IMG/VR virus record: IMGVR_UViG_3300029976_000159
Location: 53,976-117,975 of that record
Strand: one strand, 5' to 3'
Source: a virus
Taxonomy: Duplodnaviria > Caudoviricetes
Length of the DNA: 64,000 bases
Shown here: in pieces, positions 19,695 to 30,260 of the stretch
How positions within the stretch are numbered: position 1 is the first letter of the stretch
Layout: every line of letters begins with the position of its first letter
Program-made: the position numbers and the translations under genes
Notes under the pieces: generated by a model
What the model was told of the DNA's origin: nothing
The model's database searches: none
Seen by the model: the letters and a program-made list of their open reading frames with translations, nothing else

Positions 19695-22070
19695 TCAAAT
19701 TTTACTTACAGTTTTTATTATATCATTTTTTAAAATCTGACTGCCCACGGCTGTTTTACTCATAACGGGAATATCTTGCGCCGATACGCAAATTGAGTTA
19801 TGATTACCGCAAACCAAGAGCTTATCACTATTTGATACAAGGCAAGCCGCATTAATTTGATTTTTATAACATTTTAAACCTTTTGCTGCTCTCTTCTGCA
19901 TAGTCAATTCTTTAGCATCAAGTCGTTTCGCCATCCCGTTATTTGTAAATAAAGCTAAGAAATCGCTATTATCTCTTACTGGCAAACCCGCAATTACTTC
20001 ATCATTCTTATTTAAAGTAATCCCTTTCATACCCGCCGTTTTTCTTCCAGAAGCACCAATCTCAGTTGAATTAAATTTAACTACCTGTCCTAATTTAGTT
20101 ACTAAAATTAGTGGTTCATCGCTCATTAGTACGACGCTTGCCAGAGAATCTCCGTCGCGTAAATTAATTGCATCTATTCCTGTTTTCTTTTTGGTTTTCA
20201 TATATTCGCTTAGACCTGTCTTTTTTACCACACCTTGTTTTGTGATAAATGTAATATATTTAGCTTCTGTGTCCCTATAAATCGAATATATTACTGATAC
20301 TTCTTCTGCTGGCTCTAATGAGATTAAACTGCGCACCGATTGACCCTTAGTAGTATTTGTGCCTGCTGGAATATCATTAACCAAAAGACGATACATCTTA
20401 CCTTTATTAGTAAATATCATTAGAGAGTCTATTGTATTAGTGCGCAAAACCATTGAAGTTATATCGTCTTGCGTCCTTACACCTTTACCATTGCGCTTTT
20501 GGGTACGGAATGAACTGGTCGGAATGCGCTTTATGTTGCCGCTTTCGGTTAAAACAACTACACACTTTTCAGGAACAACATTAGCGACTTCTTTTTCTTC
20601 TTTTTTAATTTTAGAAAAAACTATATTTTCTAATTTAGTGCGTCTACTATCTCCATACTTATCTCTTAAATTCTCTATCTTTTGGATTAGTAACTCATAT
20701 CGATAATTCTGATTATTTAATATTTTTTCACATTTTTTAATTATTTCTTGTTGCTTTTTTAATTCATTTACTAATTCTTGCTTATCAATTCTAGTCAATC
20801 GAGATAATTTCATATCAAGAATAGCATTTGCTTGAATTTCATCTATAGACAAGAAATTGATTAATTTATTCCTTGCATCTGCCTTATCATTTGATGATTT
20901 AATTAATTCAATTACTTGATTTATAACATCTATAGCTTTAAGCAGCCCCTCTAATATATGACTTCTTGCTTCAGCTTTGATTTTATCATATTTTGCTATT
21001 TTTATTATAATATTTTCTTGATGTTCTACATAAGCTTTTATTAAATCTTTCAGTGAACAAAGTTTGGGTGTACCATTTACAATATAATTCATATTATAAG
21101 ATACAGTAGACTGCAGACTTGTATAAGTAAAAATCATATCAAGAACCGTTTTAATATTCGCTGATTTTTTTACAGTAAAGATTAATTTATTTTGACCAAT
21201 GCTCGAAACATCATTAAAATCATCTAATACAGTTTCAAATTTATCTATATGTTTATTTATTTCTTCTTTTATTTTATCTCTATAAGTTCTATACGGAATC
21301 GTAGTAAAGATAATATCTTGTCCTTCAATTTCATAATCACCTCTTACTTTTAAAGAAACCACAGATTTGCCCGTATCGTAAGCCTCGTAAATATCCCGTT
21401 GATTAATTACCGTTCCACCCAAGGGGAAATCCGGTCCTTTTATATCTTCCATTAAATCTTTTGTTGTTACATTACCGCTTGCTTTAATGTATCGTATTAT
21501 ACCATTGCATACTTCGGTAAGATTCATAGGAAGACTCGAGTGTGACAAAGCAATACCGATAGCTTCTCTACCGTTTACAATTGCGTTTGGAAATATAGAA
21601 GGAAGTACTACAGGTTCCATATATTCTCCATTATATGTTTCTTTAGTATCTACCACATTCTTTTTATAATCGATAAACATAAGATCTGCATATTGACTAG
21701 GTTTACACTCAGTATACCTCGAAGAACTAACCATTCCGTTTGCCTCTTGCGTTCCCAACGAGCCTTGCCCAATTATAAGGGGATACCGCATTAAATACTC
21801 CTGTGACATCTTAGTTAAAACGCCATAACAAGCCTGATCTCCGTGATAGTATGCGCTAGCAAGCGTAGAACCTACTACAGCATTACACTTCTTAGTTTTC
21901 GATTTACTATTCATACCGAGGAGTTCTTCCATCGTCCATAGAATTTTTCTTTGTGATGAAAGCAAACCGTCTTCAGCCATGGGTATAGCTCGATCTGTCA
22001 ATACTTCTTCAGAATATATTAAAAAATTTGATTTTGCTTCATCTAATATATCTACATCTGTAATATTCAA
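19695..22070 (-). CDS. gyrA: Type IIA topoisomerase subunit A (GyrA/ParC)
   Basis: DRAIP..DGL, YYHGD, SSRYT catalytic Tyr, GPDFP, beta-pinwheel repeats with QKRNGKG. Confidence 0.95.
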   Translation of the reverse strand: MNITDVDILDEAKSNFLIYSEEVLTDRAIPMAEDGLLSSQRKILWTMEELLGMNSKSKTKKCNAVVGSTLASAYYHGDQACYGVLTKMSQEYLMRYPLIIGQGSLGTQEANGMVSSSRYTECKPSQYADLMFIDYKKNVVDTKETYNGEYMEPVVLPSIFPNAIVNGREAIGIALSHSSLPMNLTEVCNGIIRYIKASGNVTTKDLMEDIKGPDFPLGGTVINQRDIYEAYDTGKSVVSLKVRGDYEIEGQDIIFTTIPYRTYRDKIKEEINKHIDKFETVLDDFNDVSSIGQNKLIFTVKKSANIKTVLDMIFTYTSLQSTVSYNMNYIVNGTPKLCSLKDLIKAYVEHQENIIIKIAKYDKIKAEARSHILEGLLKAIDVINQVIELIKSSNDKADARNKLINFLSIDEIQANAILDMKLSRLTRIDKQELVNELKKQQEIIKKCEKILNNQNYRYELLIQKIENLRDKYGDSRRTKLENIVFSKIKKEEKEVANVVPEKCVVVLTESGNIKRIPTSSFRTQKRNGKGVRTQDDITSMVLRTNTIDSLMIFTNKGKMYRLLVNDIPAGTNTTKGQSVRSLISLEPAEEVSVIYSIYRDTEAKYITFITKQGVVKKTGLSEYMKTKKKTGIDAINLRDGDSLASVVLMSDEPLILVTKLGQVVKFNSTEIGASGRKTAGMKGITLNKNDEVIAGLPVRDNSDFLALFTNNGMAKRLDAKELTMQKRAAKGLKCYKNQINAACLVSNSDKLLVCGNHNSICVSAQDIPVMSKTAVGSQILKNDIIKTVSKI

Positions 22071-22085
22071 TACCTTATTCCTCCA

Positions 22086-22270
22086 TTAAGTAAAATTAAA
22101 ACCTAAATGTTCAGCATTATCATATATATATTGTTTGCGCAAATCCGCACTTGAACCTTGCAAAATATTCAATAGATTAATAGTTGCAGCAACATCGCTG
22201 ACGGTTATGCGCTTAAAACGCTGTTGCTCAAAACACACTTTATGTAAATCTATCGGATTTAATTCGCCTA
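22086..22270 (-). CDS. gyrB: GyrB exon 2
   Basis: Joined to exon 1 it restores the KG-LGE-L motif: ...AKG|LGELNPIDL...RKQYIYDNAEHLGFNFT. Confidence 0.9.
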
Positions 22271-23472
22271 CGTATTAATCCAGTATTTCTACTGGTACTG
22301 ACTATTTCTTCTATCATTTTATTGATAGTCTACCGTTTCCACCTATGTACTAATAATAGATGTACTCCCCGACAAAGGGGATAGTCGATACAGGTTTAGA
22401 GGACTTCAATCCATTGGGCTACTTCTTGTGTATCTGGTACTTTACCGGCAATTTTATCCATATTTAAATGCCTTGTTAAAGTAGTTGCTCCACAATTTGC
22501 CCATTTAGCAGCAACACTAATTGAATTAAAAATTTGTCCAGTATTTATATTTTGTACTTTTCGACCTTTATATTTTACTTCTTTAACTGCAACTGGATTA
22601 GAAATATATTTTTGAATTACACCATTATCTCTATTATATTTTTTAGCAATAGCATTAATCGTCATACCATTGTTATAATCTATAACATATTGATTAATTT
22701 CTTCTTGCAAAATAGCTCCGTCTAATGAAGATAATCCAACTTGATCTTCAGAATGTTCAACATTTTGTTTATGCCATTTTTATTTTCTGGGGTATAAACA
22801 TCAGAATGAACGGTTATCCAATTTTCATTGTTCCAAACTTTTTTAAATCCTCGTTCAGTTATTCCAGTATCTTTAAAAATTTCATATACCTTAGAGCGTC
22901 CTACGTGCATGCTATATAATTCACGAATCATCCAAACATCTTCCTCGGTTAAAATCGCTTGTGGATGATTTTCTCCTCTTAAGGCTTGACCACCAGGAGT
23001 TCTATTATATCCATTTTTATAACTGTCATAATAACTAATCCAATAGATTTCTTGTTCATTCTAATTGTCCTATTGGACATTCCTCAATAATTTCAAAATT
23101 AAAATTATCAATACCATATTTTGCTATCGCAATATCTATTCCAGTTCCTCTTTCTGGTCGATATATTGCATCATATCTATGTTGCATTTCTCTTTTTCAA
23201 TATTATTACTTTGTCCAACATAGATTTTCCCATTTAATTTGTTAGTATATTTATAAATACCAATTGACATATTTACCTCTTTTCCCACGAGATTATCGTG
23301 CTTTTATTTAAAATTTGTAAGTTTCATAATAATATAAATTTTATTCACCGAACTTTTTTCCTTAGTTCGCCCAAAAATTTTTAAATAAAAGTTTAGACTA
23401 CCTCGTTAGCTTTGCTACAGCAAAACCCCCAACAGTTATTGGGAAAAGTAGATAAGGGCTAGACTATCTCTT
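22271..23472 (-). ncRNA. Group I intron in gyrB (1202 nt) carrying a homing endonuclease remnant
   Basis: 5' splice site after U with P1 AAGGGU/GCCCUU; P10 GUCUA/UAGGC; P7 GACUA/UAGUC with S element AAGAAAUAGUC; terminal G. Confidence 0.92.
22396..23270 (-). pseudogene. GIY-YIG homing endonuclease, frameshifted three times
   Basis: MSIGIYKYTN...YVGQS, then KYGIDNFNFEIIEEC, EIYWISYYDS..GYN..GG and NUMOD-like tails fall in different frames. Confidence 0.8.
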
Positions 23473-25192
23473 ACCCTTTTGCTCTTAAAACACTCCAACC
23501 CGAAGTATTAAAATCACTATACTCTTTTTCTGTCCAAAAATATTTTTCTTCTTTTCCCTTACGGCATATATATAACGGAGTTATTGCTCGATATAATTTG
23601 CCTGCTTCCACGAGCGGGCGCATGTAAGTAAAGAAGAACGTAGTAAGTAAAAGAGCAATATCTTCACCGTCTGAATCAGCGTCTGAAGTAATAACGATTT
23701 TATCGAATTGACATTTTGAAATATCAAACGTATTACCGAAACCAGCTCCTATTACTTGAATTATATCACTCATCTCTTGGTTAGCAAGAATTTTTTCGAC
23801 AGAAGTGCGCAAAGGACTAATAATTTTTCCTCTTAACATATAAATGCTATCTCTTTGAGGATCTCTTGCTTCTACAGCTGAGGTAGCCGCACTATTTCCT
23901 TCAACCAAGAGCAAGTTTCTAGATTTAGGATCCTTCGCCGCGCAATCTATAAATTTAGTACTTAATTGCATTTTTGCTTTTAAGCCTTTTTCTTTGGGTT
24001 TTGTATTTCTTACCGCATCTTTAGCTTTACGCGCATTTTCTTTAGCTTTTCGTGCTAACAAAGCTTTTTCAACTATAACTTTAGCATCTTTTGGATTATT
24101 TTTCAACCAATTGGCAAGTTCTTCAGAAACTAATCTTTGAACTGTTCCTCTAGCTTCAGAAGATGATAACACATCTTTAGTCTGACCTGAGAATACTGGG
24201 TCAGGCATTATAAAAGATAAAACTAAAGACAGTCCTTCTTTTAATTCATCTCCACCTATGTTTCCGTCTTTATCTTTTAATAGTTTATTTTCTCTCGCAT
24301 AGCTATTAATTGTTTGCGTGAGTGCTGTGCGGAAACCAGTTAAATGCGTTCCGCCGCTATTAGGAATAGAATTTGTATATAATTTATATGTGTCTGAGTA
24401 ACTATCATTATATAACATAGCTACTTTTACACCTATCCTGTCTTCTGTTTTTTCAGCATAAAACACTGAAGTAAGTTTTGTTTTATTTTTATTTAAATCT
24501 CTTATATAATCTAAAATACCATTTTTCGATTCTATTATCTCCGTTGGTTTATCATTAAATGTAAACTCAAATCTTAAACCGGGAGATAAATATGCTAATT
24601 CCTGCAGCTGCTTGCGCAATCTATCATAATCCAACTTTGTTGTTTCTTTAAATATTTCATCATCAGGTATAAATTGAATTATCGTACCAGTTTCTATACC
24701 TTTTGGATTATTTTCTACTCCATAATCAATTAATTTACCTTTTGCAAAACGCGCCTTGGCAATTTTTTTATCTCGTGCAACAGTTACATTGAAACGTTTG
24801 CTAAGTGCGTTTGTAGCTTTTGCTCCTAAACCATTCATACCACCTGATGTATTATAACCGGTATTACCATTAACATCAAATTTTGCTCCAGTATGCAATT
24901 TTGTAAAAACATTAACTAGTGTTTCTGTACCGTCTTTCGCTTTGCCGAATGGAATGCCGCGTCCATTGTCTATTATCGTTACGCAATCATCACTAACAGC
25001 AATTTGACAAGTAGTGCAATAACCATTCAAATACTCATCAACAACATTAGAAATTATTTCTAGAGTTATATGATGAATACCATCCAAACCAACTGAGCCT
25101 ATATAAACACCCGGACGAAGACGTACTGCTTCAATACCTTCAAGTGTTTTTATATCGTTTACTCCGTAATTGTCCATATATTCACTCCTCAT
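23473..25192 (-). CDS. gyrB: Type IIA topoisomerase subunit B, exon 1
   Basis: VRLRPGVYIG, DNGRGIP, SGGMNGLG, VEGNSA, LRGK, DADSDG. Confidence 0.95.
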
Positions 25193-25207
25193 TCTTTATT
25201 TATATAT

Positions 25208-25236
25208 ATAATATCATAAAATATATTAAAAGTCAA
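25208..25236 (-). promoter_or_regulatory. Sigma-A-type promoter upstream of gyrB
   Basis: TTGACT-17-TATTAT. Confidence 0.7.
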
Positions 25237-25283
25237 AAGGCAATAAAAAAGACGGGGCTAATTTTTAATTAGCCCCTAATATT

Positions 25284-26522
25284 TTACATTTTCTCTGCTC
25301 GTTGAGCAATTCTTGATCTATGCACTTGTTGTAGTTCAACTTCACCATATAGATCAAAACCTCTAAATACTTTTGAAAGTCGTTTCATTCCATTATTATC
25401 TCCTTCAAAAGCTGTATCATCCACTTGCGCATCACAGTCACCGTCAATGATAACTATATTATCTTCACCCACTCTTTGCAAAGCGAGTTTCATTAATGAA
25501 ATATCCATATTTTGCGCTTCGGTAATATATATTCCAGCTCGCATTCCGCTAGTATCATAACCTCTTAAATCACTCAATGGCAAAAGTAAAAGTTTACCTT
25601 CGTTAATAAGCTGCTCTATAACCATCATATCACCTAATTTACTAGATAAAAAATTACCAATTTGCGAATCTAAGAGCTTCATATCTCGTATGCCGTCTTC
25701 TGCTTGAAAAAAAAAAGAATTTTTTGTTGCAACCGTATTACAAAAAATAATTATTTTATCTATAGAATGTTTCTCCAAGAGGTAGAATAAGTAGCCCAAT
25801 GAAATTAAAGATTTTCCTGAACCCGGTTTACCTTTAAGCATAGTAATTTTATTATTTAAAAGACTATCAAACGCAAACTGTTGATATATATCATCTTTAT
25901 AAGGTTTAATATTGCCTAAATAAGTTGACTTAAAATTATCACAACGCAAACCTTGATAACTATTTCCATCCCAGCGCACTTTATCTACAATTTCGCCGTT
26001 ATGTGTTATAATACCATACTGATTAACTAAAAGACGTAATCTATTAACGGTTGGCTCTTCATAAACTAAAGCGTGTTCTTCTTCATTTAATTCTATACTT
26101 ATATAACCTTTGTAATCATCCGTTTTCGTGATTACCAATTTAATACTATCTTCTCCAAAAAACAAATTAGCTATCAAAGCTAACAACCTATCGTTTGTAT
26201 AAAAAACCGTTTCATCTGGGTGTATATATGTATCATAATGAATAGCGGTGGCTAAAATGCGCATATCGTTAGTTTCTATATTATATTGATAGCGTTCACG
26301 CACTAAATCTAACATATAGCTCTCAAAAAATATAATTTCATATTTCCCTTGATTTTTATCCAAGAGGTGAATAATTTGTCTTGCTTTTGGATTTTTACTT
26401 TTTAACTTATCTAATTCCTCTAGTGTAATCGATGAAATTACTATATTTTCATCATTATTAAATAAGCTGTGGCTTTTTAGAAGTAAAGAACTCGTGTCGT
26501 AAAAATTATATGTCGTCATCAA
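25284..26522 (-). CDS. phoH: PIN-PhoH family protein (contains an adapter artefact)
   Basis: N-terminal PIN (YDTS, EELD, ND), GKPGSGKS, LRG, TEAQN, GD..QVD. Confidence 0.85.
   Translation of the reverse strand: MMTTYNFYDTSSLLLKSHSLFNNDENIVISSITLEELDKLKSKNPKARQIIHLLDKNQGKYEIIFFESYMLDLVRERYQYNIETNDMRILATAIHYDTYIHPDETVFYTNDRLLALIANLFFGEDSIKLVITKTDDYKGYISIELNEEEHALVYEEPTVNRLRLLVNQYGIITHNGEIVDKVRWDGNSYQGLRCDNFKSTYLGNIKPYKDDIYQQFAFDSLLNNKITMLKGKPGSGKSLISLGYLFYLLEKHSIDKIIIFCNTVATKNSFFFQAEDGIRDMKLLDSQIGNFLSSKLGDMMVIEQLINEGKLLLLPLSDLRGYDTSGMRAGIYITEAQNMDISLMKLALQRVGEDNIVIIDGDCDAQVDDTAFEGDNNGMKRLSKVFRGFDLYGEVELQQVHRSRIAQRAEKM
25683..25716 (+). other. Illumina P7 adapter sequence plus poly-A (sequencing/assembly artefact)
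   Basis: ATCTCGTATGCCGTCTTCTGCTTG followed by A10; translates as the known FFFQAEDGIRD peptide. Confidence 0.97.
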
Positions 26523-26745
26523 ATTCCTCCTCTAATTCTGGATCTGGTACATGAAATCCAATAGGGAATGAAACTTGCTGTTCCGCCTCATGTTGTACTT
26601 TTTCAATTTCAACGCCAACATCAGCTAAAATCTTTTGCGCTTTTATCTTTACAACTTCTAACCAAGTGATTCCTGTATCAATCAATTGACTTGCTATTGG
26701 ATAAATTAAAGCAAATAATATGCCTAATAAAAAATATTGTAACAA
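26506..26745 (-). CDS. Small membrane protein
   Basis: N-terminal hydrophobic helix, RBS. Confidence 0.6.
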   Translation of the reverse strand: MLQYFLLGILFALIYPIASQLIDTGITWLEVVKIKAQKILADVGVEIEKVQHEAEQQVSFPIGFHVPDPELEEEFDDDI

Positions 26746-26867
26746 AAGAATCTTCTCCTTTCTTAATATTCTTTAAAAAATAAGATAAATAGAATATTAA
26801 TTCTTGACCTAATAATATCATAAAAAATATGTAAAGTAAAGGAGAAAAGGAAGAAGAAACCTTAATT

Positions 26868-27453
26868 TTAAGGCTCCTCTCGAAGTTTATGTTTTATATC
26901 TTTTATTATTTGCTCCAACCGCACTGGTTTATTATTGTGAGCGTCAAGCTCTACATGATAACAGAAATGATCTTTATCAAAATTAAGAAATTTATCTTTT
27001 GTGTGTGTGACCGCATAAATTTATTACTCTTTTATAAAGAGGAAGATTCGAATCATAATTCCAAGTAAGTGTGGGGTAATGCGAAAGATACATTTTATAT
27101 TTACGCACTATACCGCGCTTATTTACAATAGAAAAATCAATATAATCAGCCCAGCCAAGAAGCTCTACATTAGGCAAATCCCCATATTTTTGCCATCGCG
27201 CGTCAGTATCATGATTACCTCTAATTATTTCAAGATTTCCATTAAGTTTTGCTATTTGTTGGATAGTTTCCTCTTGTTTACCAAACGTTAAATCTCCAAG
27301 TATATATACTATATCATCGGACTTAATAAGATTATTCCATTTCCATATTATGTCATACATATGGCTTTTGGCTGTTTTATATCCTCTTGATTCATAAAGA
27401 ATCCTCTTATAATGCATGAAATGAAGATCGCTAGTAAAAAATATCCTACTCAT
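26868..27453 (-). pseudogene. Calcineurin-like metallophosphoesterase, frameshifted at a CA repeat near 27001-27009
   Basis: SDLH, LGD, GNHD, SHYP, GHTH; the C-terminus YHVELDAHNNKPV continues in another frame. Confidence 0.75.
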
Positions 27454-27959
27454 CTTTTAGCAACCACACTGCCTTTCTCATTAATCCAAAATATTGAATA
27501 ATTATATTTGTTTATTTCTTCTTGACTTGGATAATTTAATTTTTTATACATATCTTTAATTGTCTGTGGCGGAACGTATGCTTTACCTTGCTTACGGGCA
27601 TTTCTATTAAGACAAGTTTCTAGCGGCACATTAAAATAAACTAAATTTATATCTATATTATCTTTATTTAAATGCTTAAGTAGTTTCTCTCTTGAATTAC
27701 GAGTTAAAAATGTAGCATCCACAAATATGTCGAAAATATCTTCTTCAGCTACTGCCGCATTAATATTTTCTATGAAAATTTTATATACCTGATCTTCTTT
27801 GGAGAAATAGTCTTCGCTATCACCCAATAGCTCAAATCTAATATCATTGCAAGATATTACTGTGCTTCTGCCTTCATCTGTTATATTCATTATATTTCTT
27901 ATCCATGTTGATTTTCCAGATCCCGGTATCCCACTAGTAATCCATAAATTCTTTTTCAT
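27450..27959 (-). CDS. Polynucleotide kinase-like P-loop kinase (AAA_33)
   Basis: GIPGSGKST, DAT, R...R lid motif. Confidence 0.8.
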   Translation of the reverse strand: MKKNLWITSGIPGSGKSTWIRNIMNITDEGRSTVISCNDIRFELLGDSEDYFSKEDQVYKIFIENINAAVAEEDIFDIFVDATFLTRNSREKLLKHLNKDNIDINLVYFNVPLETCLNRNARKQGKAYVPPQTIKDMYKKLNYPSQEEINKYNYSIFWINEKGSVVAKR

Positions 27960-28213
27960 ATTAATTCTCCATTGATATATTCGACACTTAATTCTGCTTC
28001 TTCTTGGAACTCACCATTTAAAAAAGCTTGTCTAAATTCATATTCTTCAATTTCATTTTTAGTTTCAATACAGTTTATATCTTGTTTGCAGAAAGGGCAG
28101 TATAATCTTTTACGATGAAACTTTTCTCTCATGTTTCCATTTTTACGCATGATTGGTACTACCACTTTTCCACATTTAATACAAAAAAAATTATGTGTTA
28201 TATATCTCGCCAT
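27956..28213 (-). CDS. Zn-ribbon protein
   Basis: CIKC...CPFC. Confidence 0.6.
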   Translation of the reverse strand: MARYITHNFFCIKCGKVVVPIMRKNGNMREKFHRKRLYCPFCKQDINCIETKNEIEEYEFRQAFLNGEFQEEAELSVEYINGELI

Positions 28214-29486
28214 TGCTTAATTCTTCCATTTCTTCTATATCGGGCATATCTGCCTCTGCTTTTATTATTCCTTCTAATCTTTTAAATGAATTATTTTTAT
28301 ACTTAAAGGCAGTAAATGTTGGGCGGTTTACAACACGTACTACAACTCCCTCTCGTATATGAGTTTTGCCTATTGGATCTGAACCGTCACAGAAACTATT
28401 AACTATTTCCATTATGTTATTTTCAAAAATTAAAGACGCTCGAGTAAAAAATAGTAATGGGACTGCTTTAACACCTATTTGTTTACATCTATATCTCATA
28501 AAATCGGGACTATATTCTAAAACATAGCCATCTTCATTTGTCATAGTCATACGATATACGTAGATTCGCGATTCACCTTTTTCTTCGTTACAACCATAAG
28601 AAAAAACAGTGGTTTCACCGTATCTTCTTATAAATTCTTCGTCTTTAAGTTTTTTATTATTTCCAATAGGCATAATAGGCTTGTGCGGTGCTATAAATCC
28701 GACTATTTCATAATAAACAGTTTCGCCTTTATGTAGTTTACCTATAAATTTTTTTTCATGTTCATATCTAAATTTATTATTTCCATAATAATCACTATTG
28801 TTATCATTAAGTATTGTGCGGCGTGTTCCTGACATATATTCGTATTCATAAATAGGTTTACCGGGTAAACCAAAAATGCGTTCCCATAATGTTCTTTTAT
28901 ATTTTTTTAATTTAGGTAAGTAACCCGTGCGTCCGCTTGTTCCGTGCATTTTAAGCGTTATTTCTAGCTTATCACCGGGGTGGATTTGCGCTAAACTGTA
29001 AACGAGTTGTTTCGTATCAACGTGTTCTTTGAAAAGCGGCGCAATGTTGATTTTTCTTTTTGTTTTATTTTTCTTTTTATTATTTATTTTAATTAAATTT
29101 TCTTTTTTATAAGGAATATATTTCCTACATATTTCATGTCCATTTAATACAGTTATATAATCTCCTACTGAAAGATTGTTAATTCCTGTATATTGTACCG
29201 AACTTAATGGCATATACAAGCCGTCCGAAAGCTCATTACGCAATTTAATAGTAGTTACATTTCGCTTATTAGAATCTAAATAACCGCCATCTTTACGTAA
29301 TAATTTATTTATTTTACAATATTCTTCTGATAATTGTCCATCTGTTGGAAAATAAATACCTATATCTCCAATTTTTACATTTAAATCAACACAAACATTA
29401 CTTTCAAAGAAAGTTGCTATTTGTAACTTGTCTGCATTAGGATGTGGTTTCAATTTTTCTACTTTAACAACAAAACCGCTATACAT
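28191..29486 (-). CDS. RNA ligase, DRB0094/Rnl5-like, with N-terminal OB domain
   Basis: HPNADKLQ N-terminus, TLKMHGTS, YEIVG, REGVV, FKYK. Confidence 0.85.
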   Translation of the reverse strand: MYSGFVVKVEKLKPHPNADKLQIATFFESNVCVDLNVKIGDIGIYFPTDGQLSEEYCKINKLLRKDGGYLDSNKRNVTTIKLRNELSDGLYMPLSSVQYTGINNLSVGDYITVLNGHEICRKYIPYKKENLIKINNKKKNKTKRKINIAPLFKEHVDTKQLVYSLAQIHPGDKLEITLKMHGTSGRTGYLPKLKKYKRTLWERIFGLPGKPIYEYEYMSGTRRTILNDNNSDYYGNNKFRYEHEKKFIGKLHKGETVYYEIVGFIAPHKPIMPIGNNKKLKDEEFIRRYGETTVFSYGCNEEKGESRIYVYRMTMTNEDGYVLEYSPDFMRYRCKQIGVKAVPLLFFTRASLIFENNIMEIVNSFCDGSDPIGKTHIREGVVVRVVNRPTFTAFKYKNNSFKRLEGIIKAEADMPDIEEMEELSNGEIYNT

Positions 29487-29537
29487 TTATTATCAACCCT
29501 TTCTTTATATATATAATAATATAAATTTTTTTAAAAA

Positions 29538-29765
29538 TCAAAATAGTAAATATTTTCTAATTTCGTTGTCTTTTGGAATAGAATCTAAAGGAATTATACC
29601 AACATTTTTATAAAATCTACAATTTTCATCAAATGGTATGTCAAGAATAGTTTCAAATTGTTTTATAATATCTTCATCCGTTGCATCGTCCGGCATGTCG
29701 ATTACAATGGAGTTATTACCTACGAATTGCGCATCAAATTCTAAATATACTTTCAAAATTTTCAC
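29538..29765 (-). CDS. Hypothetical protein
   Basis: ORF behind a promoter motif. Confidence 0.5.
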   Translation of the reverse strand: MKILKVYLEFDAQFVGNNSIVIDMPDDATDEDIIKQFETILDIPFDENCRFYKNVGIIPLDSIPKDNEIRKYLLF

Positions 29766-29863
29766 AGCCTTTCATTTGACTTTCTTACAAAAATATTATA
29801 TAATAATTTTAATGAAAAATCAAATCAACCCTTAAAAACTAAATAATAGAAAGGAGTAAGTCA

Positions 29864-30247
29864 TTGGACATTTTACAACAAATACTGTAGATCTGTTTAA
29901 TTCCGCTCTTGGGTACTTTAACTACTTTGTTGATAGCTTATATTAACACCAAGAGGACTGAATTGAAAAATTCCTCGAATAGTAAGTATCTGGATATGTT
30001 AGTTAATATTATTAATGATTGTGTGACAGCTACTAATCAAACTTATGTTGATAGCTTAAAAGAGCAGGGAAAGTTTGACCAAGAGGCGCAACAACTAGCA
30101 TTTCAGCAAACTTTAAGTGCCGTTTATGATATTCTTTCTGATGATATCATTGATTGTCTTATGGAAAGTGTGGGCGATTTAGATAAATATATATCAGAAA
30201 AAATCGAAGCTACAGTTAAAGATAAAAAAATGGAGAAAGTAGATTAA
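29864..30247 (+). CDS. Holin-like membrane protein (in-frame TAG at codon 9)
   Basis: AAGGAG RBS then TTG GAC ATT...CTG TAG ATC TGT, in frame with the ORF at 29909; N-terminal TM helix and LL-H-holin-like C-terminus. Confidence 0.6.
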
Positions 30248-30260
30248 TCTACTTTCTCCA
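30231..30260. terminator. Perfect 30-bp palindrome at the overlap of two convergent genes
   Basis: TGGAGAAAGTAGATT|AATCTACTTTCTCCA. Confidence 0.65.

Noticed and set aside
23059-23190. HEG read intact through four TAGs in the starting frame
   Set aside because: That frame is open under code 15, but the conserved KYGIDNF..EIIEEC motif lies in another frame, so compensating frameshifts are the better explanation
25683-25716. Novel insertion in PhoH (FFFQAEDGIRD)
   Set aside because: Exact Illumina adapter sequence
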